Part shown: piece after piece, positions 11,415 to 22,044 of the stretch
Numbering within the stretch: position 1 is the first letter of the stretch
Layout: each line of letters starts with the position of its first letter
NCBI GenBank assembly: GCA_037443365.1
Contig: JBBIOM010000026.1
Span: 1-30,075 of the forward strand
Source of the DNA: Armatimonadota bacterium
GTDB taxonomy: Bacteria; Sysuimicrobiota; Sysuimicrobiia; Sysuimicrobiales; Humicultoraceae
Length of the DNA stretch: 30,075 nucleotides
Reading direction: 5' to 3'
Made by a program: the position numbers and the translations under genes
The notes under the pieces: model-generated
What the model was told of the DNA's origin: nothing
Seen by the model: only the letters and a program-made list of their open reading frames with translations
Database searches by the model: none

Positions 11415-11924
11415 ATGAGGCGGATCCTGGTCTGGATCGTGGTTCTGGCGGCCGCGGCGGCGCTCGTCTGGTGGACGCAACTGCGGCCGCAGGAGGCGCG
11501 CGTGTCGGTGTTCTTCGTGGGGACAGTTGACGGCTCAGGCACGGTGGTGCCAGTCGAGCGAACGGTGAGCGGGCGCAGGGCAGAGGAGGTTCTTCGCGGC
11601 GCGTTCCAGGCTCTGCTGTCCGGCCCCAGCGCGCAGGAGCGGGCAAAGGGCCTGACCAGCGAGATCCCTGCTGGGACGCGGCTACGCGGGATCACCGTCC
11701 GTGAGGGCCTGGTGACGGTTGACCTCTCCGAGGCCGTCGCCTCGGGCGGAGGATCGGCCAGCATGCAGGGACGCCTGTGGCAGATCGTCTACACCGGGAC
11801 AGCCCACCCTGCCGCGCGGCAGGTACGGTTGCTCATCGAGGGCGAGGAGCGCCCGGCGCTGGGAGGCGAGGGCCTGATGATCGATCGGCCCATCGCCCGG
11901 CCGCCCGCCTATCCCAGGTTCTGA
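11415..11924 (+). CDS. GerMN-domain membrane-anchored protein
   Basis: N-terminal TM helix; ALLSGP...IPAGTRL...VDLS...QIVYT...VRLLIEG. Confidence 0.85.
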   Translation: MRRILVWIVVLAAAAALVWWTQLRPQEARVSVFFVGTVDGSGTVVPVERTVSGRRAEEVLRGAFQALLSGPSAQERAKGLTSEIPAGTRLRGITVREGLVTVDLSEAVASGGGSASMQGRLWQIVYTGTAHPAARQVRLLIEGEERPALGGEGLMIDRPIARPPAYPRF

Positions 11925-12014
11925 GGGTCGCCAGCACCGGGGAGAGGGCAGGAGACCAACTCCGGTCCGCAGAAGACTCGTCTGTTTACACCGCCACGAC
12001 AACGGAGTTGCCGC

Positions 12015-13130
12015 GTGCCTCGCGAGGTCTTCGCCGAAGAGATAGAGGCCTTCCTGGAGCGGCTCGACGCCATCGCCGCCGTGCGCGTTCTGGCGAACGA
12101 GTCGGGCGTGATAGAACGCATCCACGTAACAACGGAATCGGCCCGTGACGACGGGGCGATCCGCCGCGCCATAACCACGGCGCTGATGAGCCAGTTCAAC
12201 CTTCCGGTGGACGGCTGGCGCATCCAGATCGCGCACTTCGAGCCTGCGCCCCAGCCCCAGCCACTTCCCGAGTGCCGCATGGTGCGGCTGGAAGAGACGA
12301 TAACCGAGGCTTTCACCAAGGCGCAGGTCGAGCTGCGCTACGAGCGCGAAGGTACCCCCAAGACCCTCACCGGAACCGCCCAGGCCCCGCCCGGTTCGGC
12401 GCACCGGCTGCGCACGGTGGCGGCGGCGACGCTCGAGGCGATGCGCCCGCTCGCGCAGAGGGCAGGCCAGCGGCTCTCGCTGGAGGGCCTGACGCTCGTG
12501 CCCTTCGCAGGAGCCACGGTCGCGCTGGCCGCGATCGGGGCGGCCTCCGAGCGCGACACCGTGCTCAGCGTGGGCGCCGCGGTGGTGTCCTCGGGTGACG
12601 CGGAGGCTGTCGTCGCGGCCGTGCTCGATGCCGCGCGCAGGCCGCCGCGGCCGGCGGAACGGACCGGCAGGATCCGACAGGACCGCAGGCACCAGATCGA
12701 GGGACTGCGCCAGCACTACGAGCGCCTGCTGCGCAAGGAGGCGGGCCCGCCCGAGGCGCCCGCGCCCCAAGAGATTGCCTCATCCGCGCCCCAGGTTGCG
12801 GATGAAGCGCCGGCCGACATTCGTCCGGAACGTCAGGGAGGTGCTGCGATCTTGACTCGTGATGACTTTCGCGCGGACGCGCAATCCTCAGCCAAGGCAC
12901 CGCCGCGCGCCTCCGTGGAGGATGCCTTCTACCGCCGCCTGGCGGCCACGGGCGCTCCGGTGCACATACGGTGCCGCGACGGCTACGAGATCCCCACCGC
13001 CGTGGTGAAGGAGTTCGGGACGTACAGCCTCCTCGTGGAGGTCAACGGCGTCACCGAGCTGGTCTTCAAGCACGGCATAATAGCCATCCGGCCCTACGGC
13101 CCGCTGCCGCCCGAGCCAGGGACGCCCTAG
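12015..13130 (+). CDS. Uncharacterized protein with C-terminal Hfq/Sm-like domain
   Basis: Residues encoded by 12912-13094 (SVEDAFYRRL...PVHIRCRDG...FGTYSLLV...ELVFKHGIIAIRP) align by eye with the Hfq core (SLQDPFLNAL...PVSIYLVNG...FDQFVILL...QMVYKHAISTVVP). Confidence 0.8.
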   Translation: MPREVFAEEIEAFLERLDAIAAVRVLANESGVIERIHVTTESARDDGAIRRAITTALMSQFNLPVDGWRIQIAHFEPAPQPQPLPECRMVRLEETITEAFTKAQVELRYEREGTPKTLTGTAQAPPGSAHRLRTVAAATLEAMRPLAQRAGQRLSLEGLTLVPFAGATVALAAIGAASERDTVLSVGAAVVSSGDAEAVVAAVLDAARRPPRPAERTGRIRQDRRHQIEGLRQHYERLLRKEAGPPEAPAPQEIASSAPQVADEAPADIRPERQGGAAILTRDDFRADAQSSAKAPPRASVEDAFYRRLAATGAPVHIRCRDGYEIPTAVVKEFGTYSLLVEVNGVTELVFKHGIIAIRPYGPLPPEPGTP

Positions 13131-13139
13131 AAGCGACCC

Positions 13140-14687
13140 GTGCCGTCCGACCGCCTGGAAGACCTGCGCCGCCGTCGCCAGCGCCTCCTGGCCATGGGAG
13201 GCGCGGAGCGCGTTCGCCGGCAGCACGAGGCCGGCAAGCTCACCGCGCGCGAGCGCCTCGACCTGCTCCTGGATCCCGGATCGTTCGTGGAACTGGACCC
13301 GTTCGTCGAGCCCCGCTGCCGCGACTTCGGGCTGGACCGTGTCGAGGCTCCGGCCGACGGCGTGATCACCGGGCACGGGGCCATTGACGGGCGGCCCGTG
13401 CACGTCTTCTCGCAGGACTTCACGGTCCTGGGCGGGTCACTCGGCGAGGGGCACGCCGCGAAGATCTGCAAGGTCATGGACCTGGCGACCAGGACCGGCA
13501 CGCCGATCATCGGCCTCAACGACTCGGGCGGCGCCCGCATCCAGGAGGGCGTGGTCAGCCTCGGCGGGTACGCCGACATCTTCCTGCGCAACACGCTGGC
13601 CAGCGGTGTGGTGCCCCAGATCTCGGCGATCATGGGTCCGTGCGCCGGGGGCGCGGTCTACTCGCCGGCGATCACCGACTTCACGGTGATGGTGCGGGGC
13701 ACCTCGTACATGTTCGTCACCGGCCCCCAGGTCGTGAAGACGGTCACGCGCGAGGAGGTCTCTTTCGAGGAACTGGGCGGCGCGGATGTGCACGCCGCTC
13801 GAAGCGGCATCGCGCATTTCGTGGCCGGGAACGACGAGGAGTGCCTGGACCTGCTGCGACGCCTGATGGGCTTCCTCCCGTCCAACAACCTGGACGACCC
13901 GCCGCGGCGACATCCCACCGACGATCCGTCCCGCGCCGATCCGGCCCTCGACGAACTCGTGCCCGAGGATCCGTCGCGGCCCTACGATATGCACGTCGCG
14001 ATCCAGCGCATCGTTGATGACGGCGAGTTCCTCGAGGTCCACGCCGCGTTCGCTCGCAACCTCATCGTGGGATTCGGCCGGCTGAACGGCTGGCCCGTGG
14101 GCGTCGTGGCCCAGCAGCCCGCGGTCATGGCCGGCGTGCTCGACATAGACGCCTCGGTCAAGGGCGCGCGGTTCGTGCGGTTCTGCGATGCCTTCAACAT
14201 TCCCCTGCTCACGTTCGTGGATGTGCCGGGGTTCCTGCCGGGCACGGCCCAGGAGCACGGCGGCATCATCCGGCACGGCGCAAAGCTGCTCTACGCCTAT
14301 TGCGAGGCCACGGTGCCCAAGATGACCGTGATCACGCGCAAGGCCTACGGCGGAGCCTACGACGTCATGAGCAGCGCCCACATCCGCGGCGACCTCAACC
14401 TGGCGTGGCCGACGGCCGAGATCGCCGTAATGGGGCCTGAGGGCGCCATTGACATCATCTTCCGGAAGGAACTCGCCGAGGCGCCCGACCCCGAGGCTCG
14501 CCGGCGCGAGCTCGTGGCCGACTACCGCGCGAGGTTCGCGACGCCCTACGTGGCGGCCGGCCGCGGGTACGTTGACGATGTGATCGAGCCGCGCGAGACG
14601 CGGCGCCGCCTGATCGCCTCGCTCGACCTGCTGCGGCGGAAGCGCGCCTCAAACCCAAGGCGCAAGCACGGCAACATACCCCTGTAG
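13140..14687 (+). CDS. pccB: Acyl-CoA (propionyl/methylmalonyl-CoA) carboxylase carboxyltransferase beta subunit
   Basis: [40 protein letters not shown]-terminal KHGNIPL. Confidence 0.93.
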   Translation: MPSDRLEDLRRRRQRLLAMGGAERVRRQHEAGKLTARERLDLLLDPGSFVELDPFVEPRCRDFGLDRVEAPADGVITGHGAIDGRPVHVFSQDFTVLGGSLGEGHAAKICKVMDLATRTGTPIIGLNDSGGARIQEGVVSLGGYADIFLRNTLASGVVPQISAIMGPCAGGAVYSPAITDFTVMVRGTSYMFVTGPQVVKTVTREEVSFEELGGADVHAARSGIAHFVAGNDEECLDLLRRLMGFLPSNNLDDPPRRHPTDDPSRADPALDELVPEDPSRPYDMHVAIQRIVDDGEFLEVHAAFARNLIVGFGRLNGWPVGVVAQQPAVMAGVLDIDASVKGARFVRFCDAFNIPLLTFVDVPGFLPGTAQEHGGIIRHGAKLLYAYCEATVPKMTVITRKAYGGAYDVMSSAHIRGDLNLAWPTAEIAVMGPEGAIDIIFRKELAEAPDPEARRRELVADYRARFATPYVAAGRGYVDDVIEPRETRRRLIASLDLLRRKRASNPRRKHGNIPL

Positions 14688-14764
14688 TCCAGAGGAATCA
14701 CAGGACCCCAGGCGGAATCCCCCCATGGATCCCAACAGGAGTCTTGTAGGAACGCCGACGTGAC

Positions 14765-15238
14765 ATGAAGCTGCAACCCGTCGAGGCAGGCGACCCTCGC
14801 TTCCGCGAATGGCTCAGCCGGTACCGGGAGGAGATCACCGGTGAGGTGCCCTCGGAGGAGTGGCTCGACAAGTACACCCGGGCGCTGTTCTCCCGCGTCA
14901 ACAAGCGCCGTCACGTCTGGTGGGCCATAGACGGCGGCCGCAAGGTCGGGTTCGTGGTCGCCGCGACGGGCAGGCACTGGGCCGACCGCTCGCGCACGCA
15001 GGCCCAGATCGGCGAGTTCTTCATCTATCCCCAGTACCGCCGCGAAGGACTGGGCCGGCGCCTCGCCCAGACGGTCATCGAGTGGCTCAAGTCGCAGGGC
15101 GCGGGCGAGATCCAGTCAGGGGTGATTGCCGGCAACCTCAGGGGCCTCAGGTTCTGGGAGGCCGTGGGGTTCCAGATAGCGCGCTTCTCGCTCGTGTATC
15201 GCCCGGACCGGCCTCGCGAGCCCGACGAGGACGACTGA
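14765..15238 (+). CDS. GNAT-family acyltransferase
   Basis: EFFIYPQYRREGLGRRL (motif A), N..GLRFWEAVGF. Confidence 0.88.
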   Translation: MKLQPVEAGDPRFREWLSRYREEITGEVPSEEWLDKYTRALFSRVNKRRHVWWAIDGGRKVGFVVAATGRHWADRSRTQAQIGEFFIYPQYRREGLGRRLAQTVIEWLKSQGAGEIQSGVIAGNLRGLRFWEAVGFQIARFSLVYRPDRPREPDEDD

Positions 15239-15246
15239 CCTCGAAG

Positions 15247-16731
15247 ATGCCGCTTCCCCGCCGCCTGCTGGTCGCCAATCGCGGCGAGATCGCCGTGCGC
15301 ATCCTGCGCGCCTGCCGCGATCTGGGAATCGAGACAGTGGCCGTGCACGCGCCGGTGGACGCCGGGGCCCCGCACGTGTGCCTGGCCGACCGCGCCCTGC
15401 CGCTGCCGGGCGACTCCCCGGCCGAGGGCTACCTGAACCGCGCCGCGCTCGTGGAGATTGCGTCGCGCTGTGGGGCTGGCGCCATACACCCCGGGTACGG
15501 GTTCCTCTCTGAGAACCCGTCCTTCGCGGCGGCGTGCGAGGCCGCGGGCATCGCGTTCGTGGGACCACCTGCCTCGGTGCTGCGGATGTGCGGGGACAAG
15601 GCCGAGGCCCGGGCGGCCGTCGAGGCCGCCGGCGTCCCTGTGCTGCCGGGCTCCGGGCCCGTGGACGACGCAGAGGTCCGGCGCGCGGCCGAGGCAGTCG
15701 GCTTTCCGCTGCTGATCAAGGCGGTGGGCGGCGGCGGCGGCAAGGGCATTCACCTGGTGCGGTCGCCGGACGATCTGCCCGGCGCCCTGCGATTGGCCCG
15801 GGGCGAGGCGCAGACCGCCTTCGGGGATCCGCGCGTCTATCTCGAGCGATGGGTCGAGCGGCCGCGGCACGTCGAGGTGCAGGTCCTGGCCGACGCGCAC
15901 GGAGGCGTGGTTCATCTGGGCGAGCGCGCCTGCTCGGTGCAGCGCCGGCACCAGAAGCTCATCGAGGAGGCCCCTGCCCCGGGCGTCTCACCTCGCGTGC
16001 GCGAAGCCCTGCTGGAATCGGCCGTGCGCGTGGCGCGGGCGCTTCGCTACCGCAACGCCGGCACGGTGGAGTTCCTCCTGGACGGCGACGCCTTCTTCTT
16101 CATCGAGGTCAACGCCCGGCTGCAGGTTGAGCACCCGGTGACCGAGATGATAACCGGAACGGACATCGTCGCGGCGCAGATCGCGGTGGCCGGGGGCGCG
16201 CCCGTCCCGTTCTCGCAGGAGGACGTGCGCCCCGCAGGCTGGGCCATTGAGTGCCGTATCAGCGCCGAGGACCCGCACGGCGGGTTCCTGCCCTCGCTTG
16301 GGCGGATCGACGGCGTGATCGAACCCCAAGGCCCGGGCATCCGCGTGGACAGCGGCTTTCGGACCGGGTGCGTCGTGTCCAGGCACTACGACCCCCTGCT
16401 GTCCAAGGTGGTGGCCTGGGGACGCGATCGGTCCGAGGCGATCGCCCGCATGAGGCGCGCACTGGCCGAGTACGCCATCTCGGGCGTGGACACCACGATT
16501 CCGTTTCACCGCTGGGCGATCGAGCAGCCGGCCTTCCTCCGGGGGACTTACGACGTGCGGTTTGCCGAGGATTGGGACGGCGCAGCCCCCTCGCAGGAGG
16601 CGGAGCGCCTGGCCGCGGTTGCGGCCTCGGCGTGGCTGCGCCGCAGAGCCGCCGCCCAGCCCCGTGACGGCCACGGCGCCGGTCCGGCATCCAGGTGGAT
16701 CGCCGTCGCAAGGGAAGAGGGCATCCGGTGA
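15247..16731 (+). CDS. Biotin carboxylase subunit of acyl-CoA carboxylase
   Basis: LLVANRGEIA, HPGYGFLSEN, GGGGKG, ERACSVQRRHQK, EVNARLQVEHPVTE; true start at ATG 15247. Confidence 0.95.
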   Translation: MPLPRRLLVANRGEIAVRILRACRDLGIETVAVHAPVDAGAPHVCLADRALPLPGDSPAEGYLNRAALVEIASRCGAGAIHPGYGFLSENPSFAAACEAAGIAFVGPPASVLRMCGDKAEARAAVEAAGVPVLPGSGPVDDAEVRRAAEAVGFPLLIKAVGGGGGKGIHLVRSPDDLPGALRLARGEAQTAFGDPRVYLERWVERPRHVEVQVLADAHGGVVHLGERACSVQRRHQKLIEEAPAPGVSPRVREALLESAVRVARALRYRNAGTVEFLLDGDAFFFIEVNARLQVEHPVTEMITGTDIVAAQIAVAGGAPVPFSQEDVRPAGWAIECRISAEDPHGGFLPSLGRIDGVIEPQGPGIRVDSGFRTGCVVSRHYDPLLSKVVAWGRDRSEAIARMRRALAEYAISGVDTTIPFHRWAIEQPAFLRGTYDVRFAEDWDGAAPSQEAERLAAVAASAWLRRRAAAQPRDGHGAGPASRWIAVAREEGIR

Positions 16732-17218
16732 ACTTCGAGATCAGGATCCGGGGGCAGGCCCAGGCGGCCGAGTCCGGCGATGGCGTTCTGCTCGAGCCGC
16801 TGGCGGGGTCCGAGTGCTGGACGCTCGTGGTCGCGGGAAGAACCGTTCCGGTGCGCGTGCGGGAGCAGGAGGGAAGGCTCCTCGTCACGATCGGCGCCGA
16901 CCGGGTCGAGGTGGGAGTGCGCCGCGCGTCGGCGTCCTCATCGCGCGGGCCCTCCGCCCAGAACGGCGCAGATCGCTTCGAGGTGCGGGCGCCCATGCCA
17001 GGGCTGGTTGTCACCGTCCCGGTGGCGGCCGGCGAGCCGGTGCGGGCCGGGAGTGTGGTCGCGATCGTTGAGGCGATGAAGATGCAAATGGAGGTCGTCT
17101 CCCCGGCAGCCGGGCACGTCGAGGAGATCCGCGCCCTGCCAGGCCAGGAGGTGGCCGGCGGGCAGGTCATGGCCCTGATCAGGGTGCCGGCCTCTGCTCC
17201 TGACGAGGGGGCGGCCCG

Positions 17219-17222
<4 letters not shown>
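16728..17222 (+). CDS. Biotin carboxyl carrier protein
   Basis: APMPG...EAMKM biotinylation motif; GTGA overlap at 16728. Confidence 0.92.
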
Positions 17223-18754
<1,532 letters not shown>

Positions 18755-18758
18755 GGGC

Positions 18759-20012
18759 GTGAGGGACGACGAGATCCACGCACTGGTGCGCGCCGTCGTG
18801 GCCGGATCGGTTCAGGCGGTCGCTCGCCTGATCACGTTGATCGAGAACGACGGCGATGATGCCGCATCGGCGCTGCGCGTCCTCTTCCCGCACACCGGGA
18901 AGGCCCACGTCGTCGGGGTGACCGGGCCGCCTGGGTCGGGCAAGAGCACGCTGGTCAACGCGGCCATTCGAGTCCTGAGGACGCAGGGCCGGCGCGTCGG
19001 CGTCGTCGCGGTGGATCCCAGCAGCCCGTTCACGGGCGGCGCGCTTCTAGGCGACCGCATTCGCATGCAGGACCACAGCACCGACCCGGAGGTGTTCGTG
19101 CGCTCCATGGCCACGCGCGGGAGTCTCGGCGGGCTGGCGCCGGCCGCGGGCGAGGCCGTGGCAGTGCTGGACGCCTGGGGCGCCTCGACGATCTTCATCG
19201 AAACCGTGGGCACAGGGCAGGCCGAGGTGGACGTGGTCTGTGCCGCCGACACGGTGGTGGTTGTGTGCGCGCCCGGCCTGGGCGACGGGGTCCAGACCCT
19301 GAAGGCCGGCGTGATGGAGATCGGCGACGTGTTCGCCGTGAACAAGGCCGACCGTCCGGACGCCGACCGAACCCTGACCGATCTCAAGATGGTCCTGGCC
19401 ATGGCCCCCGAGGGTGGCTGGCGCCCTCCTGTGCTGGCTACGGTGGCCACCACCGGCCAGGGCGTCGCCGAGGTGCTGGAAGCAGCAGGCGAGCACCTGC
19501 GCCACCAGGAGCAGAGCGGCGGCCTGGCAGACCGGAGGAAGACCCGCTGGCGACGCGAGGCCGCCCTGCGGCTGCTGGAGGCGGACGTCCGTGTGGACCA
19601 CATAGGCGTGGCGGTGCGCAGCATAGCAGAGGCGGCGCGGTTCTACGGCGAGGTGCTGGGGCTGCGGGCCGGCCCGCCCGAGCAGATGCCGGCGCAGGGC
19701 GTCACGATGGTCTTCTTCGACGCCGGGGGGACCAGGATCGAGCTGCTGGAGCCCCTGGCCCCGGACGGGCCGATCGCCCGTCACCTGGAGCGCCGCGGCG
19801 AGGGCGTCCACCACATAGCGCTGGCCGTGCCCAACCTGGAGCAGGCGCTGGAGACCGCGCGGGCAGCGGGTTTCGAGCCGGTTGACGCTTCCCCGAGGCC
19901 GGGCGCGCACGGCACGCGCGTGGCCTTCCTGCACCCCAGGGGCACGCACGGGGTGCTCGTGGAGCTGGTCGAGCACGCGCCCCGGGTTGCCCCCCTACCC
20001 CCGAAGCGGTAA
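18759..20012 (+). CDS. MeaB/ArgK GTPase fused to methylmalonyl-CoA epimerase (VOC fold)
   Basis: GPPGSGKST, DPSSPFTGGALLGDRIRM, ETVG, NKAD, then in-frame DHIGVAV...IELLEP...GVHHIAL...FLHP...GVLVELVE. Confidence 0.88.
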   Translation: MRDDEIHALVRAVVAGSVQAVARLITLIENDGDDAASALRVLFPHTGKAHVVGVTGPPGSGKSTLVNAAIRVLRTQGRRVGVVAVDPSSPFTGGALLGDRIRMQDHSTDPEVFVRSMATRGSLGGLAPAAGEAVAVLDAWGASTIFIETVGTGQAEVDVVCAADTVVVVCAPGLGDGVQTLKAGVMEIGDVFAVNKADRPDADRTLTDLKMVLAMAPEGGWRPPVLATVATTGQGVAEVLEAAGEHLRHQEQSGGLADRRKTRWRREAALRLLEADVRVDHIGVAVRSIAEAARFYGEVLGLRAGPPEQMPAQGVTMVFFDAGGTRIELLEPLAPDGPIARHLERRGEGVHHIALAVPNLEQALETARAAGFEPVDASPRPGAHGTRVAFLHPRGTHGVLVELVEHAPRVAPLPPKR

Positions 20013-20015
20013 GAT
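19987..20015 (+). promoter_or_regulatory. Sigma70-type promoter for yabE-like gene and rsmA
   Basis: TTGCCC (19987-19992), 17 bp, TAAGAT (20010-20015), overlapping the epimerase stop codon. Confidence 0.6.
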
Positions 20016-20088
20016 AGACGTATCACCCCGGTAGGCCTTCGCTCGATCTGGACCGGCTCTGATCTTCATTCCGACAGGAGGTGAGCGG

Positions 20089-21090
20089 ATGCGCCCTCGC
20101 ATGTCCCGCCGGGTGCTGCCGGCACTCGTGGCCGCCGCGTCCCTCGCGGTCGGAGCGGCCGATCTGGCAGCGCGCCCGATTTTGGTCGTCCTGCAGACCG
20201 AAGCCGGAGCACAGAAGATCGGGACCCGCCAGGCCACGGTGGCGGGCGTGCTCCTGGAGGCCGGTATCGGCCTTGGCGCACAGGATCGTGTCAGCCCTGA
20301 GCCGGGCGCGCGCCTGGCGCCCGAGATGACGATCAGGGTCAGGCGTGCCTTTCCGGTGACGCTGATCGCGGACGGCCGCGCGATCCGGGTGTTGACCGCC
20401 GCCGAGTCGGTCGAGGAGTTCCTCGCCGCGCGGCCCGGCGGGGTGGCGCTGGCCCCGCGCGATCGCGTGCACCCGTGCATGGATACGCGCCTGTGGCCCG
20501 GAGCGGTGATCAGGGTGGTGCGCATCAAGACCGTGCTCATCGCCAGGGAGGAGCGCCTCCCGTTCGCGCGCATAGCCAGGCCTGATGCGACCCTGCCGCG
20601 CGGAATGGCGCGCCTGGTGCAGCACGGCAGGCCCGGGGCGCGCGTGATCCGCCTTGCGATCACGACCGCGGACGGGCAGGTAGTGGACAAACAGGTCATC
20701 GGCAGCGTGCTGGCCCGGCCCCCGCAGGATCAGATCTCGCAGATCGGGACGCGCCGCGTGATAGCCGCCCGGGGCGAGTTCGCCGGCAAGGAGATCGTGC
20801 ACATGGAGGCCACGGGCTACGCGCCCTGGCACGGCAAGGGCGTGGACGGCACGACCGCGATCGGCATGCGGGCCGGCCGTGGCGTCGTGGCCGTGGATCC
20901 GCGCGTCATCCCGCTGCGGTCCGAGCTGTACATCGAGGGCTACGGCCGCGCCGTGGCCGGGGATACCGGCGGGGCCATCAAGGGCCATCGCATCGACCTG
21001 GGCTTCGCCACCGCGCGCGAGGCATACCAGTTCGGCCGCCGGCCGGTGCGCGTGTACATCCTCTCGGTGCCGCCCCCGCGCCGGAAGTAG
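20089..21090 (+). CDS. YabE-like cell wall protein (DUF348 repeats, G5, 3D domain)
   Basis: Signal peptide; TVAGVL..AGI.L...DRV.P repeats, G5-like segment, 3D domain ATGY...VAVDPRVIPL...DTGGAIKGHRIDL; AGGAGGTGA SD. Confidence 0.9.
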   Translation: MRPRMSRRVLPALVAAASLAVGAADLAARPILVVLQTEAGAQKIGTRQATVAGVLLEAGIGLGAQDRVSPEPGARLAPEMTIRVRRAFPVTLIADGRAIRVLTAAESVEEFLAARPGGVALAPRDRVHPCMDTRLWPGAVIRVVRIKTVLIAREERLPFARIARPDATLPRGMARLVQHGRPGARVIRLAITTADGQVVDKQVIGSVLARPPQDQISQIGTRRVIAARGEFAGKEIVHMEATGYAPWHGKGVDGTTAIGMRAGRGVVAVDPRVIPLRSELYIEGYGRAVAGDTGGAIKGHRIDLGFATAREAYQFGRRPVRVYILSVPPPRRK

Positions 21091-21098
21091 GCGCCGCC

Positions 21099-21980
21099 TT
21101 GGAGGACGCCCGACCGTCCCCGGCGCTGTCCGAACTCGATCTGGCCACCCCCAGGGGTTTGCGGGCGGCGCTTTCCGCGTCTGGCCTGCGCCTGCGCCCC
21201 TCGCGCGGCCAGCACTTCCTTGTCAGCCGTCACGTGCTGCGCCGGATTCTGGCTGCGGCCGAGATCGAGCCCGGCGAGGCGGTGCTGGAAGTGGGCGCGG
21301 GTCTGGGCACGCTCACCGTTGCGCTGGCGCGGGCCGGCGCGCGGGTCAGCGCAGTGGAGGTGGACGCTCGATTCATCCCTGTGCTGCGCGCGGTGTGCGC
21401 TCCTTATCCTGACGTGCGCATCCTGCACGCCGACGCCATGGCCCTGGACCTGGGGTCGCTGCCCGAGCCGCCCGCGAAGGTCGTGGCCAACCTGCCCTAC
21501 GCCATCGCTTCGCCGCTCCTGGTGAACCTGCTCGAGGCCGGCATCGCGGGCAGGTACGTCGTGATGGTTCAGCACGAGGTGGCCGGGCGCATCGTCGCTC
21601 CTCCGGGCGGGAAGGACTACGGGCTGCTCTCGGTGGCGGTGCAGGCGCGCGCGGTCGCACGCATCGTCGCGCGCGTGCCCCGGGCGGCGTTCTTTCCCCC
21701 TCCCGAGGTGGACTCGGCCATCGTAAGGCTGGATGCCCGCGACCTGGCCGCCGCGTCCCGGGCGCTCATGCCCGAGGTCCTGTCCGTGGCCAGGGCGGCC
21801 TTCGGGCAGCGCCGCAAGATGCTGCGCTCGGCGCTGCGGTCCGTGGCCGGCCGTGCCCTGTCCGCGCCCGAGGTCGAGGCCCTCTGCCAGGCGGCAGGGA
21901 TAGACCCGCGGCGCCGGGGGGAGAGCCTGTCGCTTGAGGAGTTCGCGCTCCTGGCGCGGGCGTTACGCAACAGGGAGTGA
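21099..21980 (+). CDS. rsmA: 16S rRNA adenine dimethyltransferase
   Basis: GQHFL, VLEVGAGLG, VANLPY, VMVQHEVA, FFPPPEVDS, FGQRRKML; exact start uncertain. Confidence 0.95.
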   Translation: MEDARPSPALSELDLATPRGLRAALSASGLRLRPSRGQHFLVSRHVLRRILAAAEIEPGEAVLEVGAGLGTLTVALARAGARVSAVEVDARFIPVLRAVCAPYPDVRILHADAMALDLGSLPEPPAKVVANLPYAIASPLLVNLLEAGIAGRYVVMVQHEVAGRIVAPPGGKDYGLLSVAVQARAVARIVARVPRAAFFPPPEVDSAIVRLDARDLAAASRALMPEVLSVARAAFGQRRKMLRSALRSVAGRALSAPEVEALCQAAGIDPRRRGESLSLEEFALLARALRNRE

Positions 21981-22044
21981 GCGGGTCGGCAGGGAAGAGT
22001 CAACTGCTGGAAGCAACGCTGGAACCAGGTGGGGTGGGATCGAG

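Noticed and set aside
11415-11924. GerMN as evidence of sporulation
   Set aside because: The domain is widespread in non-sporulating bacteria and no sporulation genes are in the window.
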